64,000 nt of DNA, taken from an uncultured Anaeromassilibacillus sp. GTDB lineage: Bacteria; Bacillota; Clostridia; Oscillospirales; Acutalibacteraceae. This document shows positions 52,994-61,311 of the stretch, piece by piece. Both the position numbers and the translations under genes were made by a program. Under the pieces are notes generated by a model. That model did not search any database. It had not been told where the DNA came from and worked only from the letters and a program-made list of their open reading frames with translations. The DNA lies in assembly GCA_930987725.1 (NCBI GenBank), contig CAKNKY010000006.1:3476-67475 (forward strand). Reading direction: 5' to 3'. Position 1 is the first letter of the stretch, and every line of letters starts with the position of its first letter.

Positions 52994-54166
52994 ATGGATT
53001 ACCGCAAGGAATCGCTCCGCCTGCATGAAAAATGGCACGGCAAGGTGGAAATGGTGTGCCGAGTGCCGCTGCAGACGCGCGACGATCTCTCGCTCGCCTA
53101 TACGCCCGGCGTGGCCGAACCATGCCTGGAAATCCAGCGCCACCCGGAGAAAAGCTTCACGCTCACGCGCCGAGGCAACACCGTTGCCGTCGTCACGGAC
53201 GGCACCGCCGTGCTCGGCCTGGGGGATATCGGCCCTGAGGCCGGCATGCCTGTGATGGAAGGGAAGTGCGCCCTCTTCAAGGCGTTCGCGGATGTGGACG
53301 CCATCCCGATCTGCGTGCGCTCGAAGAATGTGGACGAGATCGTGCGCACCGTGAGCCTGATTGCCGGCAGCTTCGGCGGCATCAATCTGGAGGACATCGC
53401 TGCTCCCCGCTGCTTCGAGATCGAGCGCTGTCTCAAGGAAGTGTGCGATATCCCCGTGTTCCACGACGATCAGCACGGCACAGCTGTTGTCGTAGCGGCC
53501 GCTTTCCTCAACGCCTGCCGCATCACGGGCCGCAAGCCCTCCGAAGTGCGCGGCGTCGTGAACGGCGTGGGCGCGGCCGGCACCGCCATTGCCGAGTTCC
53601 TGCTGGCGCTCGGCGTGGGCGAGCTGATCCTCTGCGATAAAAACGGCATTCTCGTGGCGGGCGATCCCTCGCTGAGCGAAGCGCACGCGAAGATGGCCGC
53701 CCGCACGAATCCGCGCCGTGTGACCGGCGCGCTGGCCGATGCCCTCAGGGGCGCCGATCTCTTCGTGGGCGTGTCTGCACCCGGCATCGTCTCGCAGGAG
53801 ATGGTGCGCTCCATGGCAAAGGACGCGATGGTGTTCGCCATGGCCAACCCGGTGCCGGAGATTCTGCCGGATGAGGCAGCCGCAGCCGGTGCGGCCGTGA
53901 TCGGCACGGGCCGCAGCGATTACCCGAACCAGATCAACAATGTGCTGGCCTTCCCCGGCATTTTCCGCGGCGCGCTGGATGTGCGCGCCTCCGACATCAA
54001 CAACGACATGCTCGTGGCCGCCGCCCGCGCCATTGCGTCCTACATCCCGGAAGGGGAGCTTTCCGCGCAGAATCTTCTGCCGAGTGCCCTTGACAAGAAT
54101 GTGAGCGCCGCCGTGGCGAAAGCGGTTTCCGAAGCGGCCCGTGCCTCCGGCGTGGCCAGGATCTGA
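52994..54166 (+). CDS. NAD(P)-dependent malic enzyme (short form)
   Basis: LSLAYTPGVAEPC, VAVVTDGTAVLGLGDIG, PVMEGKCALFK and NGVGAAG. Confidence 0.93.
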   Translation: MDYRKESLRLHEKWHGKVEMVCRVPLQTRDDLSLAYTPGVAEPCLEIQRHPEKSFTLTRRGNTVAVVTDGTAVLGLGDIGPEAGMPVMEGKCALFKAFADVDAIPICVRSKNVDEIVRTVSLIAGSFGGINLEDIAAPRCFEIERCLKEVCDIPVFHDDQHGTAVVVAAAFLNACRITGRKPSEVRGVVNGVGAAGTAIAEFLLALGVGELILCDKNGILVAGDPSLSEAHAKMAARTNPRRVTGALADALRGADLFVGVSAPGIVSQEMVRSMAKDAMVFAMANPVPEILPDEAAAAGAAVIGTGRSDYPNQINNVLAFPGIFRGALDVRASDINNDMLVAAARAIASYIPEGELSAQNLLPSALDKNVSAAVAKAVSEAARASGVARI

Positions 54167-54243
54167 GCCGCCGTTCCCAAAAGAAAACCGTTCTGCCTGC
54201 CCTCCTCCCTGCATATCGTGTAGCAGGGGGGAGGGTTTTTTGC

Positions 54244-55125
54244 ATGTTTGCATCGTTTCGCTTTCGCCGCGGCGCCGCAGCGGCTGCCCTTGTGTTTCTG
54301 CTCGGCTGCGCCGCCGGTCTGCTCCTGCAGCGGGGCTTCCACCGCGCAGCCCCCGCTTCCACCGCCGTGCAGGAGGAGGGCGTTTCCCTTCCGGCGGTCA
54401 TGTATCACGGTTTGCTGCGCGACAAATCTCTGCAGAATGAGTACGTGATCGACCCGGCCCTGTTCGAGAGCGATCTGTGTTGGCTGCGCGCGAACGGATA
54501 CACACCCGTTCACATCGCGGATCTGCTCGCCTATGCGGACGGCGAGGGTACGCTCCCCGAAAAGCCGATTCTTCTCACCTTTGACGACGGCTACTACAAC
54601 AATTATCTCTACGCCTATCCGCTTGCACGGCAATACAACATGAAGATCGTCATTGCGCCCATCGGCTATTACAGCGATCTCTACAGCGAAACGGGGGAGG
54701 AACGCGCCCCCTACACGCACCTGACATGGGACAGAATGCGTGAAATGCGCGCCAGCGGGCTGGTGGAGTTCCAGAACCACAGCTACAACCTGCATGCGCT
54801 CACGGACGGCCGCACCGGCAGCGCCCGGTGTGAAGGGGAGGGGGACGACGCCTACTGCGCTCTTCTCTCCTCCGATCTCACGGCCATGCAGGAAAAGCTC
54901 AGAGAGGAACTCGGCGAACCGGCCTCCTGTTTTGTCTATCCCTTCGGCGCCGTGGGCAGCGGGGAGGAGGAAATTGTGCAGGGCCTGGGCTTTCGCTGCA
55001 CGCTCACGTGTGAGGATCGCATAAACTGGATCACGCGGAAGGGCGGATTCCTGAGCCTGGGCCGCAGGCTCCGCCCACCGGATTGTTCCAGCGCAGCATT
55101 TTTTGCCGACCTGCTCGGCAGCTAA
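54244..55125 (+). CDS. membrane-anchored polysaccharide deacetylase family protein
   Basis: N-terminal TM, then VMYHGL...ILLTFDDGYYNNY (NodB motif 1) and FQNHSYNLH. Confidence 0.85.
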   Translation: MFASFRFRRGAAAAALVFLLGCAAGLLLQRGFHRAAPASTAVQEEGVSLPAVMYHGLLRDKSLQNEYVIDPALFESDLCWLRANGYTPVHIADLLAYADGEGTLPEKPILLTFDDGYYNNYLYAYPLARQYNMKIVIAPIGYYSDLYSETGEERAPYTHLTWDRMREMRASGLVEFQNHSYNLHALTDGRTGSARCEGEGDDAYCALLSSDLTAMQEKLREELGEPASCFVYPFGAVGSGEEEIVQGLGFRCTLTCEDRINWITRKGGFLSLGRRLRPPDCSSAAFFADLLGS

Positions 55126-55147
55126 TGAGAGAGGGAGGAAACCGAAG

Positions 55148-55879
55148 ATGCCCATTATTTTTCTGAGCCCGTCTTTGCAGCCGTTCAACGAATACGAGGG
55201 CGGCGGGAATGAGCAGCAGTATATGAACGAGGTGGCGGACGCCATGGAGCCGCTGCTGCTCGGAAACGCCATCCGTTACACGCGCAGCAGCCCGCGCGAT
55301 ACGCTGGCCGGTGTGATTCGCCAGTCGAACGAAGGGGAGTATGATCTGCACCTGGCGCTTCACTCCAATGCGGCCGGGGCCAGCATGAGCGGCCAGCTCA
55401 ACGGCTCCGATTTCTATTACTACCGCTACAGCGAGTGGGGCAAACGGGCCGCGGAAACGCTGGCCGAAACGTATCGGGAGATTGCGCCGTGCCGCGTGCA
55501 GGTGCTTGCCACCGTCCGCCTTGCCGAGGTGACGAAGACGAATGCCCCCGCCGTGCTGGTGGAAACGGAATACCACGACAACAGCACCGGCGCGGACTGG
55601 ATTCGCTCCCACATTGAGGAGATTGCCGCCAACCTCACGAAGGGCCTCACGATCTATTTTGGCCTGCCGTTCATCGAAACGGTGGGAAAGCCGCGCTGCG
55701 CCGTCGTGACCACGCAGGAAAGCCCTCTCAATCTGCGGGAGTGTCCCAGCCTGGAAGCGACCGTCCTCGCGCGGATTCCCAGGGGGGCCTGTGTCACCGT
55801 GTACAGCACGTGGAAGGAATGGTCTGTGGTGGGCTATCAGGACTATCTGGGCTATGCCGCTTCCGCTTATCTCACGTGA
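55148..55879 (+). CDS. N-acetylmuramoyl-L-alanine amidase (Amidase_3) with a C-terminal SH3-like domain
   Basis: IFLSPSLQPFNEY, DLHLALHSNA and VLVETEYHDN are zinc-ligand contexts. The C-terminal LNLRECPSLEATVLARIPRGACVTVY is SH3b-like. No signal peptide. Confidence 0.83.
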   Translation: MPIIFLSPSLQPFNEYEGGGNEQQYMNEVADAMEPLLLGNAIRYTRSSPRDTLAGVIRQSNEGEYDLHLALHSNAAGASMSGQLNGSDFYYYRYSEWGKRAAETLAETYREIAPCRVQVLATVRLAEVTKTNAPAVLVETEYHDNSTGADWIRSHIEEIAANLTKGLTIYFGLPFIETVGKPRCAVVTTQESPLNLRECPSLEATVLARIPRGACVTVYSTWKEWSVVGYQDYLGYAASAYLT

Positions 55880-56027
55880 TGCCTTTGTGACGAATTTTCG
55901 TCAATTATGTGAAGATTTTTTTGATTTCGACAAACCATTGTAATAATATTCAAATTTGCTTCATAAAAATCGGCGATTTGTCCAAAAGAACTGCAAAAAA
56001 CCTTTTAGAATTCCAATAGAATCCATC

Positions 56028-56056
56028 TTGCCCCGCCGGAGGGAAGTTATTATAAT
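56028..56056 (+). promoter_or_regulatory. candidate promoter for the O-antigen-ligase-like gene
   Basis: TTGCCC, a 17-nt spacer, then TATAAT. Confidence 0.45.
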
Positions 56057-56146
56057 GGGGTATCAGACAGAATAGGCCCGTGCGGCAGGAAAAAGGGAGG
56101 GATGCCCGGCAAGGAAAAGGGAAGTCTCAGGAAAGGGTGACACACA

Positions 56147-57355
56147 ATGAAGAAACAGGCGGAAGTTCTCTGGCAAACATGCCTGGGGACGAAGGAGCGC
56201 GCGGACGCGTTCGCGGTGCTGCTCCTGACTGTTTCGGTCTTTCTCAGTTTTTATACGGCCATTGCGGCCAGCCTGGTGATCGCCGTCGCCGTTATGCTCG
56301 ACGACGGGCGCCGCCGGCGTCTTCTCGCCATTCCGTATGCGCGGCTTCTGCTCGGCTTTCTGATTGTGCCGTTCTTTGTGGCCGCCATGTACAACAACCT
56401 GCGGGGGATTCTCGTCTCCTTCGTGCTCTATGCGATCATCATCTGCGGGCTGCTGCTGCGCAGTGTGATGACGCGCGCCCTGTTCGGCCGCATGCTGGAC
56501 TGGGCCTGCTGCTGCAGCGTGGGCTGTGCGCTCCTGGCCGTGGGCCAGAAGATTGTGTATTGGCCGTCCATGCCGGAATACCGGTCTGTCTCCACGTTCA
56601 CAAACGCCAATTATTACGGCGCGGTGGTGGAGATCATGCTGCTCGTCTGCTTTTACCGCTTTCAGACAAACCGCCAGTCGCGCGGATGGTATCTCGTTGC
56701 CGCCGCCGCGAATCTGTGCGGGCTTTACTTAACGGGCAGCATGTCCTCCGCCATTGCGGCTTGTGCCGGCATTTTTGTATATCTGCTGCTCCAACGCCGC
56801 CGCAGTTTGTTGATCTTGTTTTGCGTCCTGGCGGCTGCCGCAGCCGCGCTGATCACGTATTTTCCGGCGCTGTTCCCGCGTGTGGAGAACGTGGACACAG
56901 CCTGGGATCAGCGCTTTTCCATCTGGATGACGGCGCTGCACGGCATTTTGGAGCATCCGCTGCTTGGCCAGGGCGCGTCTGCCTATGAAATGATTGCGCC
57001 GCAGCTCGGCGGCTATCTGACCTACCATTGCCACAACCTGCTGCTTGACACGCTGCTGAATTTCGGTTTTGTGGGCCTGAGCGTGTTCCTGATGTTCGGC
57101 CTGCAGCAGGCGCGTCTGCTGTGGCTGCGCTTCCGCAACCGCATCGGCCGCCCCTCCAACGTGCTCATGACGGCGGCCATGGCCGCCGTGCTTGTGCACG
57201 GCGTGACGGATGTGACCGTTTTCTGGTCGCAGACATCGCTGTTGCTCCTCATGGTTTTCTCGTCGCTCAGTGTGGGTGCGGAGTTCCTGGAGCGGGAGTT
57301 GTCCCCGCGTCCGCGCCGCCTGGCGTCCGGCTCCGCCGTGCGCCTGACAAGGTGA
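56147..57355 (+). CDS. O-antigen ligase/polymerase family (Wzy_C) membrane protein
   Basis: Polytopic protein with RFSIWMTALHGILEHPLLGQGASAY...YHCHNLLLDTLLNFG, typical of the Wzy_C domain. Confidence 0.8.
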   Translation: MKKQAEVLWQTCLGTKERADAFAVLLLTVSVFLSFYTAIAASLVIAVAVMLDDGRRRRLLAIPYARLLLGFLIVPFFVAAMYNNLRGILVSFVLYAIIICGLLLRSVMTRALFGRMLDWACCCSVGCALLAVGQKIVYWPSMPEYRSVSTFTNANYYGAVVEIMLLVCFYRFQTNRQSRGWYLVAAAANLCGLYLTGSMSSAIAACAGIFVYLLLQRRRSLLILFCVLAAAAAALITYFPALFPRVENVDTAWDQRFSIWMTALHGILEHPLLGQGASAYEMIAPQLGGYLTYHCHNLLLDTLLNFGFVGLSVFLMFGLQQARLLWLRFRNRIGRPSNVLMTAAMAAVLVHGVTDVTVFWSQTSLLLLMVFSSLSVGAEFLERELSPRPRRLASGSAVRLTR

Positions 57356-57447
57356 AGATTCCAGTATTCCAGGCGGCCCTGCCTTGCGCGGCGGGCCGCT
57401 TTGCCATATAATAGAGGAAAAGAACCGGCAAAAGGGGGAAGCTTCCG

Positions 57448-57999
57448 ATGAAAAAGCTGCTGATTGTGGTGGATTACCAGAACGATTTTGTGAGCGGTTC
57501 GCTCGGCTTTGAGGCGGCCAAACGCATCGAGGACGCTGTCTGTGAAAAGATCCGCGCGTACCAGGCTGCGGGGGACGACGTGGTGTACACGCTGGACACG
57601 CACGGCCCGTCCTACGCCGGCACACAGGAGGGCAGGAAACTGCCGGTGGCGCACTGCCTGCGCGGCACAACGGGCTGGGAGCTTTACGGCAGGGCCGCCG
57701 AACTGCTGCGCGGCTGCCCCGCCTTCGAAAAGCCGGTGTTCGGCAGCGCCGCCCTGTTTGATTGGCTCAGGGGCAGGGAATATGCCGGCATTGAGCTTTG
57801 CGGTGTGGTGAGCAACATCTGTGTGCTCTCGAACGCCGTGCTGGCGCGCACCGCCCTGCCGGAGGCGGAGATCGTGGTGGACGCCGCGTGCGTCGCCTCG
57901 GCCGATCCGCTGCTCAACCGCGAAGCGCTGGATGTGCTGGCCGGCCTGCAGGCGACGATCCTGCACCTGCCGCAGGGCGCCGTTTCCCTCTCTGAGTGA
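57448..57999 (+). CDS. cysteine hydrolase, isochorismatase/nicotinamidase family
   Basis: LLIVVDYQNDF with a catalytic Cys context CGVVSNICV. Confidence 0.85.
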   Translation: MKKLLIVVDYQNDFVSGSLGFEAAKRIEDAVCEKIRAYQAAGDDVVYTLDTHGPSYAGTQEGRKLPVAHCLRGTTGWELYGRAAELLRGCPAFEKPVFGSAALFDWLRGREYAGIELCGVVSNICVLSNAVLARTALPEAEIVVDAACVASADPLLNREALDVLAGLQATILHLPQGAVSLSE

Positions 58000-58045
58000 G
58001 GGCGCACGCTGTACTGCCGTTCCCATAATAAAATGAAACGATCTC

Positions 58046-58084
58046 AAAAAGCCCGCTCCGGCTCAAAAACCGGAGCGGGCTTTT
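58046..58084 (+). terminator. intrinsic terminator; also marks the start of the lower-GC block
   Basis: AAAAAGCCCGCTCCGG / CCGGAGCGGGCTTTT. Confidence 0.8.
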
Positions 58085-58239
58085 CCAATGTGCGGCTTTC
58101 CCGCAGGAACGGCCAGCGCTGCCATTTGGACTAAACCACAGGTTTAGAAAATATAAAACTTTTTGTATCCGCAATGCCTTTTTTCTGCGTAACAGCGATG
58201 GTAGAATGAAGAGGCAAAAAGAGAAAGGAGAACAAAAAG

Positions 58240-59340
58240 ATGGAACTGTTGCTTTCCGCCAACATTGGTAAACTGCGCAGGGCACACGGCATGACACAGG
58301 AACAGCTGGCAGAAGCTCTGGGGGTCACCTTTGCCTCCGTCTCGAAATGGGAGCGCGGCGCGGCGACGCCGGACCTGCGCTTTCTCACGGAGATGGCGGA
58401 TTTGTTCGGCGTGTCGTTGGACGCGATCGTTGGGTTTGAAGTGCGGGACGGCAGCGCAGCCGCGCTCAAAGAGAGAATCAAGCTGCTGCAGCGCGGGAAA
58501 AAATATGAGGAAGGCATTGCCGAGGCCGAGAAAGCGCTGCTGCGCTACCCGAATATGTTCCTCATCGTGTTCAGCGCCGGCGGGCTGTACACAGCGGCGG
58601 GCATTGAGCAGAAAAACGAAACTTACCTGCGCCGCAGCATCGAGCTGCTGGAGCGCTCCGTTTTGCTGCTGCCGCAAAACACGGATCCCGAAATCGACGA
58701 GGCTGTGATCCAGAAGGAGATTGCCCAGTGTTATCTTTCGCTTGGTCAGCCGAAACAGGCGATTGAAATCCTGAAGAAGCACAATGTGGGCGGCCATTAT
58801 CATTCGCTGATTGCGGCCGCCTATACGCAAAACGATGTGTTCGATCCCAGAGAAGCAGAACCGTATCTAATGGGGGCGTTCGGTGAGATCCTTGCCTCTG
58901 CAGTCCAAACCATGTTGGCGTATGCCAATTATTATTTCAAGACGAACGACACGGTGAGCAGCTTGGAGTCGGTTGTGTGGCTTGTCCATCTGTTGGAGAG
59001 CGTCAAAATGGATCTGCGTACGGTTGCCTACGTAGATAAGGTGCTCGCCGTCTGCTATTGCGAGTGCGCAAATCTTTCGCTCCTCCTCGGGGAACGGGAA
59101 ACAGGCGAAACCTGGCTTCGCCGCGCCTTTGCTACGGCGAAGGCTTTTGATGAGGCGCCAACCTACAAAATACAAAACATCAAATTCTGTGTCGGCGATA
59201 CGAAGAAGGCGACCATCTACGACGATCTCGGGGAATCCGCCATGGCGTCCGTCGAAAAGCAGATCCTGGTAGAAGACGAGAATGAAGCGCTGCGGGCGCT
59301 CTGGGACAAGATACGGGCGGAGGAGGCGGCTGCAGAATGA
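58240..59340 (+). CDS. XRE-family HTH regulator with a long TPR-like C-terminal domain (RRNPP-like architecture)
   Basis: GKLRRAHGMTQEQLAEALGVTFASVSKWERGAATPDLRFLTEMADLFGVSLDAIV is the HTH_3 domain. It is followed by about 290 aa of helical-repeat sequence. Confidence 0.85.
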   Translation: MELLLSANIGKLRRAHGMTQEQLAEALGVTFASVSKWERGAATPDLRFLTEMADLFGVSLDAIVGFEVRDGSAAALKERIKLLQRGKKYEEGIAEAEKALLRYPNMFLIVFSAGGLYTAAGIEQKNETYLRRSIELLERSVLLLPQNTDPEIDEAVIQKEIAQCYLSLGQPKQAIEILKKHNVGGHYHSLIAAAYTQNDVFDPREAEPYLMGAFGEILASAVQTMLAYANYYFKTNDTVSSLESVVWLVHLLESVKMDLRTVAYVDKVLAVCYCECANLSLLLGERETGETWLRRAFATAKAFDEAPTYKIQNIKFCVGDTKKATIYDDLGESAMASVEKQILVEDENEALRALWDKIRAEEAAAE

Positions 59341-61055
59341 AGAGGAAGAAGCCGGACATTCGCCCTTTCACGCGGCAGTTTTACAGGGGAAACGGTGTGT
59401 GCTTCGTGTTTTCACTGTGGGAAACGTTGCTCAGCGCAATCGGCAACCTGCTCATCTCGTGGCTGATGCAGCAGCTGATCGACCGGATCGGCGGCTACGA
59501 TACGGGCTTCACCCTGGCGGAGCTTGCCGGCCTCACTCTGCTGCTGATCGTCGGCATTGCGGCGGCGTTTCTAATTGCCTATGTGTTCCGGCCGAAATTT
59601 GTTACGCGGGGGATTTCACAGTATAAAGCGTACGTTTTTGAAAAACTCATGAAGAAAAACATCTCTGCTTTCCTGCGTGAAAATACGGCGGCTTACATTT
59701 CCGGGCTGACAAACGACATCCAGACGATCGAAAACGGTTACCTCTGGAACACCTTTACCGTGCTTGACAGTCTCCTGACTTTTTTCGGTGCCATGGCGCT
59801 CATGCTGTGGTACAGCCCGCTGCTCACGGCCGCCGCCATGCTGCTGTCTCTGTTGCCGCTGCTGGCTTCGCTGCTGACAGGCAGCAAAGTGGCGAAACGG
59901 GAGAAGAAGGTTTCAGATCAAAACGAAGCTTACACTGCCGAACTGCGCGATTGCCTGGTCGGCTTTTCCGTCATCAAATCGTTTCAGGCGGAAGCACGGA
60001 TGCTTGCCATTTTTTCGGAGCACATCAAGTCGCTTGCTGCGGCACAATGCGGAAAACACAGAATGCGGATTCTCGTCCAGATGTTCGGCTCCGTTGCGGG
60101 TGCCACGGCGCAGCTCGGTGTGTTCCTGTTCGGGGCCTGGCTGGCTCTGTCGGGAACAGGCGTCACGGCCGGCACGACCCTGATCTTTGTGCAGCTCATG
60201 AATTATGTCCTCAGCCCCATTGGCACCATTCCCACATGTCTTGCGGAGAGGAAAGCGGCGCGGGCGTTGGTGGAAAAGATGGCGGAAGCCCTTCGCAGTC
60301 ATGTGCGGGAGGAAACGGAATCCGCTCATTTGGAGATCCGGCAGGGCATCGCTGTTAAGGGGCTCACCTTCGGCTATGAGCCCGAAAAACCGGTTCTCAA
60401 AAATGTAAGCTGTTTCTTTGCCCGCGGCGGGAAATATGCCATCGTAGGCGCGTCGGGCTGCGGAAAATCCACTCTGCTGCATTTGCTGATGGCTTCCGAT
60501 CCGGCGTACGGCGGGGAGATCTGCTTCGATGAAACGGAGCTTCGGCAGATCGGCAGCAAAGCGCTCTATGAGACGGAAAGCATCATCCAGCAGAACGTGT
60601 TTGTGTTCAATGCCACAATCAGGGACAACATCACCATGTTCCGGGAATTTCCCGACACAGAGATCAAGACAGCAATCCGGCTTTCGGGTCTTTCCGCTCT
60701 GATTGCGGAAAAGGGCGCGGATTTTCTCTGCGGCGAAAACGGCAGCGGCCTTTCCGGCGGGGAAAAGCAGCGCATTTCCATTGCGCGGAGCCTGCTTAAA
60801 AAATCACAGGTGCTGCTTGTGGATGAGGCGACCGCATCCCTGGACGCCGAGACTGCCTATCAGGTGTCGGACGCTATTCTCGGGCTTCACGGCGTCACGG
60901 CCGTCGTCGTTACCCATTCGCTTGAGGAAAGATTGCTCCGCCAATATGACGGTATCCTCGCCATGAAAAACGGCTCGATCGCAGAGACGGGAACCTTTGA
61001 GGAGCTGATCGCGAAAAAAGGATATTTTTACTCCCTTTACACCGTTTCCCAGTGA
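59337..61055 (+). CDS. ABC exporter, fused permease/ATP-binding protein (type I exporter half-transporter)
   Basis: Six-TM N-terminal domain, Walker A GASGCGKST, signature LSGGEKQR, Walker B LLVDEATASLD. Its start overlaps the regulator stop (ATGA). Confidence 0.9.
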   Translation: MKRKKPDIRPFTRQFYRGNGVCFVFSLWETLLSAIGNLLISWLMQQLIDRIGGYDTGFTLAELAGLTLLLIVGIAAAFLIAYVFRPKFVTRGISQYKAYVFEKLMKKNISAFLRENTAAYISGLTNDIQTIENGYLWNTFTVLDSLLTFFGAMALMLWYSPLLTAAAMLLSLLPLLASLLTGSKVAKREKKVSDQNEAYTAELRDCLVGFSVIKSFQAEARMLAIFSEHIKSLAAAQCGKHRMRILVQMFGSVAGATAQLGVFLFGAWLALSGTGVTAGTTLIFVQLMNYVLSPIGTIPTCLAERKAARALVEKMAEALRSHVREETESAHLEIRQGIAVKGLTFGYEPEKPVLKNVSCFFARGGKYAIVGASGCGKSTLLHLLMASDPAYGGEICFDETELRQIGSKALYETESIIQQNVFVFNATIRDNITMFREFPDTEIKTAIRLSGLSALIAEKGADFLCGENGSGLSGGEKQRISIARSLLKKSQVLLVDEATASLDAETAYQVSDAILGLHGVTAVVVTHSLEERLLRQYDGILAMKNGSIAETGTFEELIAKKGYFYSLYTVSQ

Positions 61056-61063
61056 TTTGCCCC

Positions 61064-61091
61064 GGGGCCGCCCAACAAGGGCGGCCCTTTT
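61064..61091 (+). terminator. intrinsic terminator after the ABC exporter gene
   Basis: GGGGCCGCCC / GGGCGGCCC plus TTTT. Confidence 0.75.
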
Positions 61092-61311
61092 GCACCCTGT
61101 TAGTGTTTGTGCTTGTCATGTGGCGTATCTCATGAGCATTCGGCCGAATGTGAGCCTGACGAGCATTGGCTTTGCCGCCCCTGTGTCCATGGCGGTCGAC
61201 ATCCTGCCAAACGCAGGTTTCTATGTGTATGTGAACCGGGAATGAATCTAAGAAGGGCAAAAAATAACCCCTCTCCATGAGGAAGAAGGGCCTTATCTAT
61301 CATTTTTTACT

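Noticed and set aside
58131-58147. Inverted repeat CTAAACC-aca-GGTTTAG upstream of the XRE-TPR gene as its operator.
   Set aside because: It has only 7-bp arms and lies about 55 bp upstream of the putative extended -10 (TGGTAGAAT, 58199..58207). This is plausible but too short to claim without conservation or binding data.
61132-61245. 37-aa ORF (MSIRPNVSLTSIGFAAPVSMAVDILPNAGFYVYVNRE) as the cognate propeptide of the RRNPP-like regulator.
   Set aside because: It has no Shine-Dalgarno sequence, lies downstream of the exporter's terminator and has no obvious promoter. The longer 62-aa version in the track (61057..61245) starts inside the terminator hairpin. It is mentioned only as something to test.
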